From: an uncultured Bacteroidota bacterium
GTDB lineage: Bacteria > Bacteroidota > Ignavibacteria > Kryptoniales > JAKASW01
Length of the DNA stretch: 63,858 nt
Direction of reading: 5' to 3'
Assembly (NCBI GenBank): GCA_964603995.1
Contig: CAZRXH010000003.1
Location: 4,037-67,894, forward strand
The number at the start of each line of letters is the position of its first letter. The first letter of the stretch is position 1. The position numbers and the translations under genes are program-made. Under the pieces are notes generated by a model that made no database searches, was not told the origin of the DNA, and worked only from the letters and a program-made list of their open reading frames with translations. This document shows, piece by piece, positions 28,420-38,683 of this stretch.

Positions 28420-29550
28420 ATGTTAATCCCCTGTGCCGAGAAAATCAAGTTTCGCAATTCATTGTGTTCGTTGATCTGGAGTGAGCCGTTCGGTAAATTC
28501 TTCACAATGTGCAAGGACGACAACTGGAAATCCCGCGAACATTTCGAAGGGAGCCTTAAAAAGTCTCTCCGGGTCGACACTCGCTATTCAGTCCTCGAGT
28601 TCAAGTCCGCAAATAACTACTTCTACGTTTTCACAGACTCCATTTCGAATGCGATTCATATTTCAGAAACATATCAGAATGGTTCATTTGACTTTCGAAT
28701 CAAGGTGGTGCTTCTTCCTGACAGGACCGTCGGTGACTATTCGAAGGGCATTTGTCATGTTGGTGTTGCGCCTGTAAGAAGATCCGCGGGCTCGACGAAC
28801 GAGCAGATTACACAAATCCTCTACGGCGAAACCTTCGACACCCTTCAAGTCGAGGCACACTGGGTAAGAGTCAGACTCCATGCCGACGGTTATATAGGAT
28901 GGGTCTCGTCGGACCAGGTTACGCTTTTCGATGACGAGAGATTCTACAACTTTCAGCTTCTTCCTAAAGTTTACTCCGCGGATCATATTGTCGGGATCCA
29001 CGAAGAACCGGCACGGACCTCACCCGTAATTCGGGAGACAGTATATGGGGTGCCTCTGAGTGTGACAGGACGACATGGGAGTTTCCTGAAAATCATTTTG
29101 CCTGATGGCGCCACAGGCTGGGTGGAGAAGTCTATGGTCAGGAGATCAATTCGTGTGAAAAATCTCTCGGTGCGCAAGCTCCTGGAGACAGCTCGCAGCT
29201 TCATGGGAATTCCATATGTGTGGGGAGGAAGAAGTTCAAAGGGTTTTGACTGTTCCGGATTTGTCCAGACAATCTACAGGCTCAATGGTATCGAGATCCC
29301 GCGCGATTCCGATATGCAGTTTTCAGCAGGATATGAGGTGGGTAGGAATATGAGGGAGCTGAGAGCAGGTGATTTGTTGTTTTTTTCATTAAATGGCGAT
29401 AAAATAAGTCATGTCGCGATCTACGCAGGCAAGAATAGGGAATTCATTCATGCCTCCGGCTTTGTCCGGATCAACAGTTTTGATCCGGAGAGGAAGAATT
29501 TTAGCAGGAAGTTATCGTCAACTTTTGTAGGCGCACGTAGAGTCATCTGA
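28420..29550 (+). CDS. NlpC/P60 (C40) peptidase with SH3b-like domains
   Basis: GIPYVWGGRSSKGFDCSGFV (catalytic Cys) ... ISHVAIYAG ... FIHAS. Upstream are two SH3-like segments (GWVSSDQV, GWVEKSMV). The exact start is uncertain. Confidence 0.85.
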   Translation: MLIPCAEKIKFRNSLCSLIWSEPFGKFFTMCKDDNWKSREHFEGSLKKSLRVDTRYSVLEFKSANNYFYVFTDSISNAIHISETYQNGSFDFRIKVVLLPDRTVGDYSKGICHVGVAPVRRSAGSTNEQITQILYGETFDTLQVEAHWVRVRLHADGYIGWVSSDQVTLFDDERFYNFQLLPKVYSADHIVGIHEEPARTSPVIRETVYGVPLSVTGRHGSFLKIILPDGATGWVEKSMVRRSIRVKNLSVRKLLETARSFMGIPYVWGGRSSKGFDCSGFVQTIYRLNGIEIPRDSDMQFSAGYEVGRNMRELRAGDLLFFSLNGDKISHVAIYAGKNREFIHASGFVRINSFDPERKNFSRKLSSTFVGARRVI

Positions 29551-29685
29551 CGAAAGTGAGGTGGAGTCGTCTTCAGTTATCATGAATACAGATCTGAACG
29601 AGATGGACATGAAAGCGTCAACGGAAAAGTACTACTCCTAAACCAGAACTATGAACCGCTGACTATTTGTAGTTGGAAGAAAGCG

Positions 29686-30120
29686 GTGATCTTGCTTTAT
29701 CTTGGGAAAGCTGAACTAATCGAAAGATACGACGGCAGGCTACTGCGCTCTGTCTCAACGTCCCTGCCTATGCCGAGTATTCTCAGACTCTCTGTCTACT
29801 ACAGAGTTCCACACAAACGCGTGATATTGTCGAGGAGAAATATCCTGCGTCGTGATGGAAACCACTGCCAGTATTGTGGACGTGGGGATCAACCGCTGAC
29901 CGTCGATCATATCATACCACGGACGCGAGGCGGAGAGGATACGTGGGAAAATCTCGTGTGCGCATGTATGAGGTGCAACAACAGAAAAGGTGACCGGACG
30001 CCTGAGGAAGCGGGGATGAGACTCCTTACTATTCCGCGCAGACCCAGCCACGTGGCTTTCATCAGGCACTTCGTCGGAAGAATCGACGAAAAGTGGAAGC
30101 CGTACCTTTTTATGAAGTAG
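29686..30120 (+). CDS. HNH endonuclease (COG1403-type); N-terminus is frame-broken
   Basis: CQYCG...LTVDHIIPRTRGG.DTWENLVCACMRCNNRKG. The conserved N-terminal VLLLNQNYEPLTICSWKKAV is encoded in frame upstream of the first canonical start. Confidence 0.85.
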   Translation: MILLYLGKAELIERYDGRLLRSVSTSLPMPSILRLSVYYRVPHKRVILSRRNILRRDGNHCQYCGRGDQPLTVDHIIPRTRGGEDTWENLVCACMRCNNRKGDRTPEEAGMRLLTIPRRPSHVAFIRHFVGRIDEKWKPYLFMK

Positions 30121-30145
30121 AAATATTTCGTAAATTAGGCACACA

Positions 30146-31132
30146 ATGCCTAATAGAAAAATTATCCTGAGTGGGATGCGCCCAACGGGTAAGCTGCATC
30201 TCGGTCACTGGGCAGGTGCGCTCGAAAACTGGGTCGCTCTCCAGAACGACGGCGGTTATATCAACTACCACTTGATCGCCGATTACCATGCCATTACCAC
30301 TGACCTCGATACGTCTCACATTCACGAGTACTCTCTGGAAATGGTTCTCGACTGGCTCGCGGCGGGAATCGATCCGGAACACAGCCCAATATTCAGGCAG
30401 TCGCAAATAAAGGAGCACACCGAGCTCCATCTTGTCTTCTCAATGCTGATAACCACGGCGCGCCTCGAAAGAAACCCGACTTTGAAAGAGCAGGTGCGTG
30501 ACCTCGATCTTGGCCCAATCAGCTACGGCTATCTCGGCTATCCTGTTCTGCAGGCAGCGGATATTCTCCTATATAAAGGAGAAGTCGTCCCTGTTGGCGA
30601 AGACCAGCTTTCGCATGTCGAGATCACTCGTGAGATCGCACGGGACTTCAATCGTCAGTACGGTCAGGTCTTTCCCGAGCCTGAGGCGAAATTGACGAAG
30701 TTCGCGAGACTCCCCGGCCTTGACGGAAAGAAAATGAGCAAGTCGCTGAACAACGCGATCCTCCTTTCGGATTCTCCGGAAGACGTGAAGAAGAAAATGA
30801 AAAAGGCGGTCACCGACCCGCAGAAGATTAGAAAGGGCGATCCCGGCAGACCGGATATTTGCCTCGTCTTTACGTATCACAAGAAATTCAATACCGCTGA
30901 GGAGGATGAAATCAGACGAGGTTGTGAAAGCGGCGAGCTTGGCTGTGTCGACTGCAAGATGAGAGTGGCCGAGAGGATAAACACATTCCTCGATCCTTTC
31001 AGGGAACGGCGCAAGAGATATGAGAACAACCCGGAGCAATTGGAGAAGATTCTTGCGGACGGCGAAGAACGCGTGCGTTCGGTTGCCCGACAGACGATGA
31101 GTGATGTCCATAAAGCGATGAACATGGGATGA
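30146..31132 (+). CDS. trpS: tryptophan--tRNA ligase
   Basis: SGMRPTGKLHLGH (HIGH) and KMSKS motifs; 328 aa. Confidence 0.95.
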   Translation: MPNRKIILSGMRPTGKLHLGHWAGALENWVALQNDGGYINYHLIADYHAITTDLDTSHIHEYSLEMVLDWLAAGIDPEHSPIFRQSQIKEHTELHLVFSMLITTARLERNPTLKEQVRDLDLGPISYGYLGYPVLQAADILLYKGEVVPVGEDQLSHVEITREIARDFNRQYGQVFPEPEAKLTKFARLPGLDGKKMSKSLNNAILLSDSPEDVKKKMKKAVTDPQKIRKGDPGRPDICLVFTYHKKFNTAEEDEIRRGCESGELGCVDCKMRVAERINTFLDPFRERRKRYENNPEQLEKILADGEERVRSVARQTMSDVHKAMNMG

Positions 31133-31890
31133 CGTACAGAGTAAAACTGAATGATTTTGAGGGCCCGCTGGACCTTCTGCTCTTTTTCATCAAACGAGAC
31201 CAGCTTGATATTTACGACATCCCCATAGCCAGGATCACTCGAGAATTCCTGGATTATGTCCATTATATCCGGATGCTGGATCTCGAAATTGCCGGTGAGT
31301 TCATCGTGATGGCGGCAACTCTCATGCAGATAAAGGTCAGAATGCTTCTTCCCCATGAAGAGGGGATAGAGGACCTGATCGAAGACGATCCCCGGAGGGA
31401 GCTCGCCGACCGGCTTGCTGAGTACGCGCGATTCAAGGAAGCGTCGAGGAACTTCGGACATCTGGAGGAAGAAGGGGGGAAGCTATTTTACCGCACCTAT
31501 TTCAAACAGGACGAGCGGCAATTCGTTTCGCCTGAAGATGACGAAGTGAAGGCCGTCACGCTGATCGATCTGATAACTGCCTTCAAGCGGGCGATGGATA
31601 AGCTTGAGACAACACCGTACCATAATATCCAGAGGCTGAACGTGACTATCGAAGAGCAGATCGATTTCCTCGTGGCAGCAGTCGAAGACAAACCGACTCT
31701 TCATTTCCTTGAAATAGCGGCAGTCATGCACGAGCGGATCAGGCTCGTCGTGACGTTCATAGCGCTGCTTGAGTTGATAAAGAGAAACATCCTTCGCGTG
31801 CAGACGAGAGGCGAATTCAACGATTTCATAATTACAAAATATGAAGGTTTAGAGGAAGAGAATGTCGGAGCAGGACCAGAACTCTCCTGA
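31129..31890 (+). CDS. scpA: segregation and condensation protein A
   Basis: FEGPLDLLLFFIKRDQLDIYDIPIA motif; 253 aa; followed by scpB. Confidence 0.9.
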   Translation: MTYRVKLNDFEGPLDLLLFFIKRDQLDIYDIPIARITREFLDYVHYIRMLDLEIAGEFIVMAATLMQIKVRMLLPHEEGIEDLIEDDPRRELADRLAEYARFKEASRNFGHLEEEGGKLFYRTYFKQDERQFVSPEDDEVKAVTLIDLITAFKRAMDKLETTPYHNIQRLNVTIEEQIDFLVAAVEDKPTLHFLEIAAVMHERIRLVVTFIALLELIKRNILRVQTRGEFNDFIITKYEGLEEENVGAGPELS

Positions 31891-33190
31891 ACATATACAA
31901 GATTCCGAGGAGAGAAATATCTCCGAAGAGAACCACGGCGAACAGAAGCTTCCTGAAAGCGGCGAACTGAATTCAGGTGAGGCAACTTCTTCTCCGGCAG
32001 AATCAGCACGCGGAGAGACTCCGGGTGAGCTGTTCTCCGCCGCTTTGAATGAAGGACAACCCGCGGTCGCGAAGGAAGAAGAAGCGGTCTTGCCAGGCAA
32101 TGATGTGCAGCCGGAAGAAGACGTGACTGGAAGTGTGGGGGGTAATATTATTCAGGAAGAAATACCCCCTGTCGTCGATGATGGTGAGCATGCGGCAGCC
32201 GAACAAGCGGGAGAGCCTGTGCATTCTCACGAGATCACTTCCGCCAGTGAGGAAGATAAACATGGGGCGACTGCTGAAGTGTCAGAGGAAGTCTCTCCTG
32301 GCATGCTGGATGAAGCCGAGCTTGCAACTGGTGAGGCAAAGGGAACATCTCTCGCAGACGAGAGTTCGCTCGTGAATGATGACGTGATTAATAATGGGCG
32401 CGTCGAGGAAACTATGGCAGAGCCGGAGAGCGCGGAGTCTCCGCTCGACGGGCTGGCAGAGATTGTCGCAGGTGAAGAGGATGCCGCAGCTGAAGAGGCG
32501 GGGTTCAGGGAAGAGGTCGTCGATGAATTAGCCCATATCATAGAGGCGATTGTTTTCGCGTCTGATGAGCCGCTTCCGGCCGCGACAATCAAGTCGGTTC
32601 TCGATGCCGCACATACGTTCGGAAGAGTGAATCCCGACATGATAACGGCTCGCATTGGTGCGCTCAACGCGAAATATGAGGCTGACGGCAGCGGATTTCA
32701 CATATTGGAGATAGCTAACGGTTACCAGTTCGCGACTCGAAAGGAAATGGCACAATGGGTATCGAACCTCTTCAAAGAGAGAGCAAAACGAAGGTTGTCC
32801 AATTCGGCTCTGGAAACCCTTGCCATCATCGCGTACAAGCAGCCTATCACCAAACCAGAGGTTGAATCCATTCGCGGAGTAAATGTCGACTACATCCTCC
32901 ACAGTCTTCTTGAGAAGGAAATTGTTACTGTGGTCGGACGCGCGGATAGCGTCGGTCGGCCCCTCCTGTACGGGACGACGCAGAAATTTCTCAAGATCTT
33001 TGCGCTGAAGAGCCTCGAAGACCTCCCGAAACTGCGAGAGATTGATGAGATCATAAGAGAGATCAAGAGCAAGGGCGCCGAAGAATCCATTCAGCTCGAG
33101 ATTACTGCGCTCGGCGACTCGTCGGCAACGGAACCAACGACGGAACCGGATGTCAAACCTGAAGTGTCGTCGGGAAATGGAACTGAGTAA
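31862..33190 (+). CDS. scpB: segregation and condensation protein B with a long acidic N-terminal extension
   Basis: The C-terminal 220 aa carry IIEAIVFASDEPL, GYQFATR, LETLAIIAYKQPITK.EVE.IRGV and GRPLLYGTT. The first roughly 220 aa are an E/D/S/G-rich open frame. Confidence 0.8.
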   Translation: MSEQDQNSPEHIQDSEERNISEENHGEQKLPESGELNSGEATSSPAESARGETPGELFSAALNEGQPAVAKEEEAVLPGNDVQPEEDVTGSVGGNIIQEEIPPVVDDGEHAAAEQAGEPVHSHEITSASEEDKHGATAEVSEEVSPGMLDEAELATGEAKGTSLADESSLVNDDVINNGRVEETMAEPESAESPLDGLAEIVAGEEDAAAEEAGFREEVVDELAHIIEAIVFASDEPLPAATIKSVLDAAHTFGRVNPDMITARIGALNAKYEADGSGFHILEIANGYQFATRKEMAQWVSNLFKERAKRRLSNSALETLAIIAYKQPITKPEVESIRGVNVDYILHSLLEKEIVTVVGRADSVGRPLLYGTTQKFLKIFALKSLEDLPKLREIDEIIREIKSKGAEESIQLEITALGDSSATEPTTEPDVKPEVSSGNGTE

Positions 33191-33194
33191 GAAC

Positions 33195-33932
33195 ATGGAG
33201 AGCCAGGGCCTCGTCAGAATCAACAAGTATCTTTCATCGTCAGGCGTTGCGTCCAGACGCAAGGCCGATGAGATGATCGCCGCCGGGAGGGTGAAGGTGA
33301 ACGGCCGAATCGTCAGGGAACTTGGGACCAAGATCAGGCCAGGGAAGGACAAGGTCGAGGTCGACGGCCGTGGAGTCAGGACCGAAGCCCGGCTCGTGTA
33401 TATCCTCCTCAACAAGCCGAAGGATGTCGTTACTACTTCACGTGATGAGAAGGGAAGACGGAGCGTTCTGGATGTCGTCAAAGTGCGCGAGCGTGTCTAT
33501 CCCGTAGGCCGATTGGACAGAAACACCACCGGCGTACTTCTCCTTACAAACGACGGCGAACTTGCCAACCGGCTGATGCATCCAAGACATCACGTGTCCA
33601 AGGTCTACAAGGCGACGATTGACCGCCCGATAAGGGAACGCGAGCTTGCCAGGCTTAAGAAGGGAGTCATGATCGATACTTCGGTAACTGTGCCGGACGA
33701 TATTTACATCCTGCCGGAGAGCGGAGGGCTTGAAGTCGGCATAGCGGTTCATGAGGGAAAGCACCATCTTGTCAAACGCATCTTCGAATCGGTCGACATA
33801 CGCGTTACCCAACTCGACAGATATTCATACGCCGGCCTGAATCACCACGGACTCCAGCGCGGTGGATGGCGCAATCTTACCAAGAAAGAGGTCTCGGGTC
33901 TGAGGAAGCTCGTCGAACTCCCGGAGGCCTGA
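33195..33932 (+). CDS. rluB: pseudouridine synthase, RsuA/RluB family, with S4 domain
   Basis: RINKYLSSSGVASRR (S4) and PVGRLDRNTTGVLLLTNDG (catalytic Asp). The ATG at 33195 lies just after the scpB stop. Confidence 0.9.
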   Translation: MESQGLVRINKYLSSSGVASRRKADEMIAAGRVKVNGRIVRELGTKIRPGKDKVEVDGRGVRTEARLVYILLNKPKDVVTTSRDEKGRRSVLDVVKVRERVYPVGRLDRNTTGVLLLTNDGELANRLMHPRHHVSKVYKATIDRPIRERELARLKKGVMIDTSVTVPDDIYILPESGGLEVGIAVHEGKHHLVKRIFESVDIRVTQLDRYSYAGLNHHGLQRGGWRNLTKKEVSGLRKLVELPEA

Positions 33933-34083
33933 TGAGGTTCGGGATGGTCTCGGGCTGTCTCGCGATGGCAGAAAAAAATGTCCCAGTGTCTCCGATGTTT
34001 GTGCGTGATTTCTCCTTCTCACGAGATCGCTTTCAGAAAACTCTCCTCGTAGCAAGCGGGGTTCGCTGTACTTCGTCCCGAGA

Positions 34084-34797
34084 ATGAAAGACATCAACTG
34101 GTTCCGTTCGATCTGCGCGGATAACGGGCTGGTTTTAAGCGACCTGCAAGCCTCTCAATTCGAAAGGTACCGCGACCTTCTTATTTCTTCCAACAGACAG
34201 TTGAATCTCATTTCCAGAAAAGATGAAGAGAATTTCTATCCGAACCACGCGCTGAATTCGGTTTCTTTCCTTTTCAGGAGAAGACTGAAACCTGATGCCC
34301 TGCTTCTTGACCTCGGCACTGGAGGAGGACTCCCTGGCATTCCTATTCATATCATTTATGGTGAGATCAGCATCGCATTCGTCGATTCGATAGCCAAGAA
34401 AACGGCGGCGCTTTCAGCAATTATCGGTGAGATGGGACTCGAAAAGAGTCAAGTTATTAACGCCAGGGCTGAGGAACTCGCAAAGAAGTGTGAATTTCAG
34501 GGGCGTTTTGATTATGTTGTTAGTCGTGCGGCTGGAAAGCTGGATGAAGTTGCGAAATGGTCGCACGGATTCTTGAGAAGGTACGAAGCCGCCGCGGGGG
34601 AGACAATCCCGGTCGGGACATTAGTGGTTCTGAAAGGCGGCGAGTTTCAAGAAGAACTCAGGCATACAAGTAGACTCAAATTCATCGATTCTGTCGTCGT
34701 GAGTGACACCACCTTCCAGGGCATGGATGAAATCTATAACAAAGAAAAGAAATTGGTTCTGATAACATATAAAGAAGCACATCAACGAGGTCATTGA
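34084..34797 (+). CDS. rsmG: 16S rRNA (guanine527-N7)-methyltransferase
   Basis: NLISRKDEENFYPNH and LLDLGTGGGLPGIP motifs; 237 aa. Confidence 0.85.
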   Translation: MKDINWFRSICADNGLVLSDLQASQFERYRDLLISSNRQLNLISRKDEENFYPNHALNSVSFLFRRRLKPDALLLDLGTGGGLPGIPIHIIYGEISIAFVDSIAKKTAALSAIIGEMGLEKSQVINARAEELAKKCEFQGRFDYVVSRAAGKLDEVAKWSHGFLRRYEAAAGETIPVGTLVVLKGGEFQEELRHTSRLKFIDSVVVSDTTFQGMDEIYNKEKKLVLITYKEAHQRGH

Positions 34798-34814
34798 CAG
34801 GTTAGGAGAACAAT

Positions 34815-36350
34815 TTGAACGAGCACGAGGATCATCTCTCCGAGAGGGATTCATTTGAGCAGGAGCAGAATGAGCTGACGAGACGCCGGCTCGCTGAGCT
34901 CGAAGAGTTGAAGAAGCAGAACGTAAATCCGTACCCGTACAGTTTCGGCACAGACAGCTATTCATCGGACATATTGCAGTCGTTCAGGGACGATGCCCCT
35001 CCCGTGGAGGTCTCCGTTGCGGGGAGGATCATATCGCTGCGGAGGATGGGCAAGGCATCCTTCTGCCATATCCGTGACTCGAAAGGCAAGATACAAATCT
35101 ATCTTAAGCGCGACGACATCGGGAGCGCATACGATCAATTCAAGCTGATGGATATCGGCGACATAGTCGGTATCAAAGGCGTGGTCTTCCGCACAAAGAC
35201 CGGCGAAGTCTCGGTACATGCGAAGAATCTGGAACTCCTTTCGAAATCCGTGCGCCCGCTCCCGGTGGTAAAGGAGAGAGTTGACGAGCAGGGAAACAGG
35301 ACTGTCTATGATCCGTTCTCTGACAAGGAGTTGAGGTATCGACAGCGATATGTCGATCTCGTCGTTAATCCCGACGTACGTGAAGTATTCGTGAAGAGAG
35401 CGAAGATAGTCAGCTCGGTCAGGAAATTCCTGGACGACAAAGGCTACCTCGAGGTCGAGACTCCTGTCCTTCAGCCGATTTACGGCGGCGCAGCAGCGAG
35501 ACCGTTCATCACACACCACAACGCGCTCGACTTCGACTTCTACCTTCGGATCTCGGATGAGCTCTACCTGAAGAGACTCATTGTCGGCGGTTTCGAAGGA
35601 GTCTATGAGATCGGGAAGGATTTCCGCAACGAAGGGATGGACAAGGCCCATAACCCTGAGTTCACCATGCTCGAGCTGTATGTAGCTTACAAGGATTACA
35701 ACTGGATGATGGAGCTTGTCGAGAACCTGGTCCATTCGGTAGCGACAGGCGTGACTGGCGGCGCAAAGGTGAAAGTCGGAGAGAATGAGATCGACTTCAC
35801 GCCTCCGTGGAAAAGGATCACCATGCTCGACTCGATACATGAAGTCACGGGTGAAGACCTGAAGGGGAAACCCGAGAGCGAACTGGCAGCGATCGCAAAG
35901 AAGCACCATGTAGAAGTCGAGCCGTCTATGGGAGCCGGCAAGATCATCGATGCGATTTTCTCCGAGCTGGTCGAGGCGACACTCATACAGCCGACATTCA
36001 TCACCGACTATCCAGTCGAGATGTCGCCGCTCGCAAAGCGTCATCGTTCCAAGCCCGGCCTTGTGGAAAGGTTTGAACTAATGTGCAACGGCCACGAGCT
36101 CGCAAACGCATTCAGTGAGCTTAACGATCCGCTGGACCAGCGCTCCCGCTTTGAAGAGCAGGCACGTCTGAAGGCACGCGGCGACGAGGAAGCAATGGTC
36201 GTAGATGAGGATTTTCTCCGAGCCTTGGAATACGGTATGCCTCCCACTGCGGGTCTGGGAATCGGGATCGACCGCCTGACTATGGTACTTACCAACCGGG
36301 ATTCTATCCGCGACGTGATATTCTTCCCGCAAATGAAACCCGAAAAATAG
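34815..36350 (+). CDS. lysS: lysine--tRNA ligase (class II)
   Basis: [33 protein letters not shown] and GLGIGIDRL motifs. Confidence 0.95.
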   Translation: MNEHEDHLSERDSFEQEQNELTRRRLAELEELKKQNVNPYPYSFGTDSYSSDILQSFRDDAPPVEVSVAGRIISLRRMGKASFCHIRDSKGKIQIYLKRDDIGSAYDQFKLMDIGDIVGIKGVVFRTKTGEVSVHAKNLELLSKSVRPLPVVKERVDEQGNRTVYDPFSDKELRYRQRYVDLVVNPDVREVFVKRAKIVSSVRKFLDDKGYLEVETPVLQPIYGGAAARPFITHHNALDFDFYLRISDELYLKRLIVGGFEGVYEIGKDFRNEGMDKAHNPEFTMLELYVAYKDYNWMMELVENLVHSVATGVTGGAKVKVGENEIDFTPPWKRITMLDSIHEVTGEDLKGKPESELAAIAKKHHVEVEPSMGAGKIIDAIFSELVEATLIQPTFITDYPVEMSPLAKRHRSKPGLVERFELMCNGHELANAFSELNDPLDQRSRFEEQARLKARGDEEAMVVDEDFLRALEYGMPPTAGLGIGIDRLTMVLTNRDSIRDVIFFPQMKPEK

Positions 36351-36367
36351 CAGAAAGAACAAATCAT

Positions 36368-38488
36368 TTGAAAACCGTTAACCTTGTACTTGGCATTCAC
36401 AATCATCAGCCGATCGGCAACTTCGATCATGTGCTGGAAGAAGCTTACAGGAAATCCTACAAACCGTTTCTCGACGTCCTGGCCAGATTCCCCAAAATAA
36501 AGGTTTCACAGCATTACACCGGGTTCCTCCTCGAGTGGCTGAAGAAGAACCACCCGGAGATTTTCACCCGGCTTAAGTCGCTTGTCAAGTCCGGACAGAT
36601 CCAGATTATGACGGGCGGTTTCTACGAACCTATCCTTGCCATCATTCCGGACAAGGACAAAGTCGGACAGATCCGCAAGCTCAATGACTACGTGAAGAAG
36701 AATTTCGACGCGACACCGACTGGTATGTGGCTTGCCGAGCGCGTATGGGAACAGCATATCGTCAGGCCCATTGCAGAGTGCGGGGTGCGCTGGGTTGCCA
36801 TCGACGACACTCACTTCAAATATGTCGGACTCAAAGACGAGAACCTGCTCGGATACTACGTGACCGAGGAGCAGGGAAAAATGTTGAACGTCTTCCCGAT
36901 CAGTAAGACGATGAGGTACACTATCCCGTTCCAGCCTGTAGAGAAAACGATCGAATACCTCCGTTCCGTCGCGAGCGAGGACGGTTCACGGATAGTAGTT
37001 TACGCCGACGACGGAGAGAAGTTCGGCGTGTGGCCGCACACGTACAAGCATGTGTACGAGGACGGATGGCTGACCGACTTTCTCAAGGCGCTCGAGGAGA
37101 ATTCCGACTGGATAAACATCGTCCATTTCTCCGAGGTGCTCGACAAAGTGAAACCGATCGGGAGGGTATATCTTCAGAACGCCTCCTACGCTGAGATGCT
37201 CCAGTGGGCGTTGCCGGAAGATCTTTTCAGGAAGTATGAAGAGTTCGAGCACAAGCTCAAGGCGGCTAACCTGTTCGACAATTACGAGGAGTTTGTTCGC
37301 GGTGGATACTGGAGAAACTTCCTCGCCAAATATCCTGAAGTAAACAACATTCACAAGAAAATGATCCGGCTATCGGAACGGGCGCATGCGGTCAGGCACA
37401 AGAACGCGGGCGTTGACCGGGCGATCGATAAGGTCTGGGCCGCTCAGTGCAACGATCCTTACTGGCATGGAGTGTTCGGAGGTCTTTATCTCCCGAATCT
37501 GAGATACCCGGTCTACAAGAGCATGATAGAGGCCGAGACCGCGCTCGACAAGCTCGAACACAAGCCGAAGCTCACGGTGACGCAGGAAGATTTCGACATG
37601 GACGGCTCGAAAGAGGTACTCGTCGAAACGAACACGTTCGATGTGTACTTCATGCCCGAGAAGGGCGCTGCGATGTTCGAGCTCGATTACAAACCGGTCC
37701 CGTTCAATTTCCTGGACATCCTTAGCAGGCGACCGGAAGGTTACCACGACAAGTTGAAACGTGCGGCGAACGACGGCCCGCCCAGTGGTGAAGCGATCAG
37801 TATTCATGACCTTGTCTCGTCGAAGGAAGAGGGACTGGAGAAGCTTCTCAACTATGACTGGTACAGGCGTGCGTCGTTCATCGACCACTTCATCGGAGAT
37901 ACGACTATCGAGGAATTCGCTGCGGCTAAGTACACGGAAATGGGCGATTTTGTCGACCAGCCTTATTCGAGAAAGGTGGTTCACAAAGACAGCAAAGCTG
38001 TGATAAGATTCATTCGGGAGGGGACCATCGCGGCTGGTGAACGTATCCCTGTCAGGGTCGCGAAGTCCTTCGAGTTCGGCGAAGGTTCACATTCGATTCT
38101 CTGCAATTACAAGATCGAGAATCTGAGTCCAGTGCCGGTCCACGTCGACTTTGGCGTCGAGCTAAACTTCGGTTTGATGGCCGGTGACGCACACGATAGA
38201 TATTATAAGATCAACGGTTCGAAGCCCGCGGACCCGCGCTTGAGGAGTCTCGGCTCCACCGACAACGTGAAATCGGTTTCCCTTTCAGATGAATGGCAGG
38301 GGTTGCAGGTAACCGTTGAGGTCGACAATCCGCTTACCCTCTGGAGGTTTCCGATCGAGACAGTCTCTCTGTCGGAAGCAGGTTTCGAAAGAGTCTACCA
38401 AAGCTCCGTTATATTCCTTCATTCGAAATTTGAACTTGAGAAGGAGCACGACCTGGCGCTGAAGCTCACTATTGCCAAATTGAGGTAG
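36368..38488 (+). CDS. GH57-family alpha-amylase / 4-alpha-glucanotransferase with DUF1926-like C-terminus
   Basis: LVLGIHNHQPIGN, LAERVWEQ and DDGEKFG motifs typical of GH57; 706 aa. Confidence 0.85.
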   Translation: MKTVNLVLGIHNHQPIGNFDHVLEEAYRKSYKPFLDVLARFPKIKVSQHYTGFLLEWLKKNHPEIFTRLKSLVKSGQIQIMTGGFYEPILAIIPDKDKVGQIRKLNDYVKKNFDATPTGMWLAERVWEQHIVRPIAECGVRWVAIDDTHFKYVGLKDENLLGYYVTEEQGKMLNVFPISKTMRYTIPFQPVEKTIEYLRSVASEDGSRIVVYADDGEKFGVWPHTYKHVYEDGWLTDFLKALEENSDWINIVHFSEVLDKVKPIGRVYLQNASYAEMLQWALPEDLFRKYEEFEHKLKAANLFDNYEEFVRGGYWRNFLAKYPEVNNIHKKMIRLSERAHAVRHKNAGVDRAIDKVWAAQCNDPYWHGVFGGLYLPNLRYPVYKSMIEAETALDKLEHKPKLTVTQEDFDMDGSKEVLVETNTFDVYFMPEKGAAMFELDYKPVPFNFLDILSRRPEGYHDKLKRAANDGPPSGEAISIHDLVSSKEEGLEKLLNYDWYRRASFIDHFIGDTTIEEFAAAKYTEMGDFVDQPYSRKVVHKDSKAVIRFIREGTIAAGERIPVRVAKSFEFGEGSHSILCNYKIENLSPVPVHVDFGVELNFGLMAGDAHDRYYKINGSKPADPRLRSLGSTDNVKSVSLSDEWQGLQVTVEVDNPLTLWRFPIETVSLSEAGFERVYQSSVIFLHSKFELEKEHDLALKLTIAKLR

Positions 38489-38683
38489 AAGACTGCGCAG
38501 ATGTCCCGGGATTTCTCGCAATCGATTCACATTTATGACACCGATCACGGGTTCCTTGTTGGTCAAAATCGGTTATTCTATATTCATTTGATCGCAGATT
38601 TGGCCCATCGTATCACTGTTGCTTTGAACATTAATCCGACGGAAATTGTTGAAGAGGCAGAGTAATTCTCGAAAGGAAAAGAG

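Noticed and set aside
32528-33481. 317-aa ORF on the minus strand
   Set aside because: Antisense to the scpB 3' half and the rluB 5' end, with a low-complexity R/S/L-rich translation. Shadow ORF.
34962-36044. 360-aa ORF on the minus strand
   Set aside because: Antisense to lysS, which has unambiguous class II synthetase motifs. Shadow ORF.
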